64,000 bases of DNA, from assembly GCA_000388065.2 (NCBI GenBank), contig KB932205.1; one strand, 5' to 3'. Positions within the stretch are counted from its first letter, which is position 1, and the number at the start of each line of letters is the position of its first letter. Below the pieces are notes generated by a model. It was not told where the DNA came from. It saw only the letters and a program-made list of their open reading frames with translations, and ran no database searches. Position numbers and translations under genes: made by a program. Below are positions 62,226 through 64,000 of the stretch, one piece after another. The stretch comes from Fonticula alba ATCC 38817 (lineage: Eukaryota; Protista; Nucleariida).

Positions 62226-63672
62226 GGACGAGTCTGCGGGCGGAGAGCCATGCTGCCAGTCTCGCCGGACCCAGCGGGCCGGGCCCGGGGCTTTCCTGCC
62301 GTGTGCCACCAGCACATATATTGGGGCGTGCTGCAGGCCCGGGCCGGGGGGAGGGGCTGGGCGGGGGCCCGGAATCTGAACCGAGCTGGGCGGGGGAGCC
62401 TCAGTGCCAGAGACTCGCATGATGCCCACTTAACATGCCGCACTCTGCCCACCCAAGCGGAGGGCCGGGAGTGCGCGAGCGCACGCACGCGTGTCTGTAC
62501 GCGCATTGTATATGCCTGCGGAGAGGGCCGAAGGGGCGGGGATGTAACGCGGCATGACCATGGTCTGGTTGGTGGGGAACGCCCGGGCCGGGCACACACA
62601 CACACACACACACACATACACACACACACACACACACGAGAGGGGGCGCGGGGAACTACCCGAAGGCGTCGCCCCCGCGTTCCCCGGCGTCCAGGCACAC
62701 CGTGAGGTAGATTACACTCGCCCCGGGTTTTTTTTTTATCGGCCGGGGGCCGGGGGGCCGGGGGGGGGGCGTGGAGGGGCCCCTCCGAGGCACAACAGCG
62801 CGCCTCGGGAGACGCCACACGGCCTCGGGGCGCGCGGTTAAAGATCGCCCCCGGGCGTGAAAGCCCCATGTGCGGGTCCCTGTCCCCTGGGGGAGGGGCG
62901 GGGGCCGAAGATTGAGGCCGCCCTCACGTATGCGTGCACGCGCGCGTGCGCGCGTGCGCACAGGCGTGAGCGCCCCCTCTTTCCCGCCTGCCGCGGCCGA
63001 ACAGGCGGTCGGACGCGCACCAAACCGGCCCGGGGTTGGGGCCAGCATAGGGGGCCAGTCCCAGACAATCCCATCCCCCACCCACGGTCTGGTGGGCAGA
63101 GGCCCGCCTCCCCCTGTGTCTAGCCCCAAGTCCGGCCGCGCGTGCGTTTGTCCTCGCCCTCTTTCGCCGCTGTTTTCCGGCCCGGGGCACTCCCCCGGAC
63201 CAGATCCTGCGCCCGGCGCCCCGCCCCTCCGCCTCCGCGTCCGGACTGGGCTCCAGCAGCCGCCCTGGCAGAGGCCTGGCTTCCAGCCTCACCCGAAGAC
63301 GGGCTTCTCGAGGCGCGCGCACGCGCGCGCGCGCGGCCCCCACCCGGGTTTTCAGCCACCGCCGAGGCCCCTGGCTCGCGGCCGACCGTCACCCGGAAAA
63401 ACGTATGCCCCTCCCCCCCCCCTTCTCCTTCGCTCCCGCCCTCTGTCCTCGATCCCTTGTCCTTGCTGCCGCTCGCCCGTCCACCCCCGCCCGTGTCCGC
63501 CCCGACCAACCCTCCTCCCCTCCCCCCGCCCCCTCTCCCAACAACCAACCGCGCACACCTCCCGACCCTGCTCGGCTCCCCTCCTCGCGCAGCCTATTTC
63601 CGTTTTCCTGCCCCGCCTGCGCTTTGCCCGCGAGTGTGCACTCCTCTCTCCCTCCTCTCCGCCGTCGCAACC

Positions 63673-64000
63673 ATGTCCGAGGATAATGTCGTCCCCACCT
63701 CCCAGAAGGGTTCCTTCACCACCTTCCTGAAGACCGTGCGCACACACACATGCCCCCACACCCGCTGGCTCACTCACGGCGACAGGCACCCGGACAAGGC
63801 CCCGCCCTCTGTCCTGCCATCTTGCTCACGCCTCGCCTCCCGCCGAGCTCCTTCCTCCTCCTCGGCCCCTGACCTTCCCTCGCTGTCTCTCTCTCTCTCT
63901 TTTCCTCTCTCTCTCACACACACACACACGATGCACATGTGGTGTGTCCATGGCTGCCCTCGTTGCTTCGCTGCGCCCACGCACGAGTAGATCGCCTCCA
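63673..64000 (+). CDS. 5' end of an oxysterol-binding protein homologue (Kes1/Osh4-like), truncated by the window edge
   Basis: Exon 1 (63673-63735, MSEDNVVPTSQKGSFTTFLKT) splices via GTGCGC...TAG to ATCGCCTCC (IAS). The result, SFTTFLKTIAS, resembles the Osh4 lid motif SWTSFLKSIAS. Only 24 codons are visible. Confidence 0.65.

Noticed and set aside
1-64000. Mobile elements, CRISPR arrays, prokaryotic operons or horizontally transferred islands
   Set aside because: No transposase, RT or integrase ORFs, terminal repeats with TSDs, spaced direct repeats, or intronless compositionally distinct blocks were seen.

Overview
Eukaryotic, GC-rich, intron-dense genomic DNA with 7 N-gaps, many poly-C/poly-G tracts and (CA)n microsatellites. 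The gene mix is full-length talin, CstF-50 and RRM-cyclophilin E alongside a fungal-type Gap1/Sar1 RasGAP and a Kes1/Osh4-like start. That fits an amoeboid opisthokont such as the nucleariid Fonticula (inference, not confirmed). I traced spliced models by reading-frame continuity for 12 protein-coding genes: CstF-77 (-), an RNI-like LRR protein (+), talin (+), cyclophilin E (-), proteasome Rpt3 (+), CstF-50 (-), a roughly 3,000-aa multidomain protein of unknown family (-), a Gap1/IQGAP-related RasGAP (-), Vti1 (+), eIF2-beta (+), ESF1 (-) and the 5' end of an oxysterol-binding protein (+). There is also one tRNA-Leu(CAG). No transposon, CRISPR array or prokaryotic system is visible. Main observations: (1) a giant protein with split PH, degenerate PX-like, beta-propeller-like and ankyrin regions; (2) 5' splice sites with C or T, never A, at intron position +4; (3) an LRR gene built of one symmetric phase-2 exon per repeat; (4) two CstF subunits about 23 kb apart; (5) talin's 3' end is corrupted by an Illumina adapter chimera and a gap-flanking duplication, both assembly artefacts.
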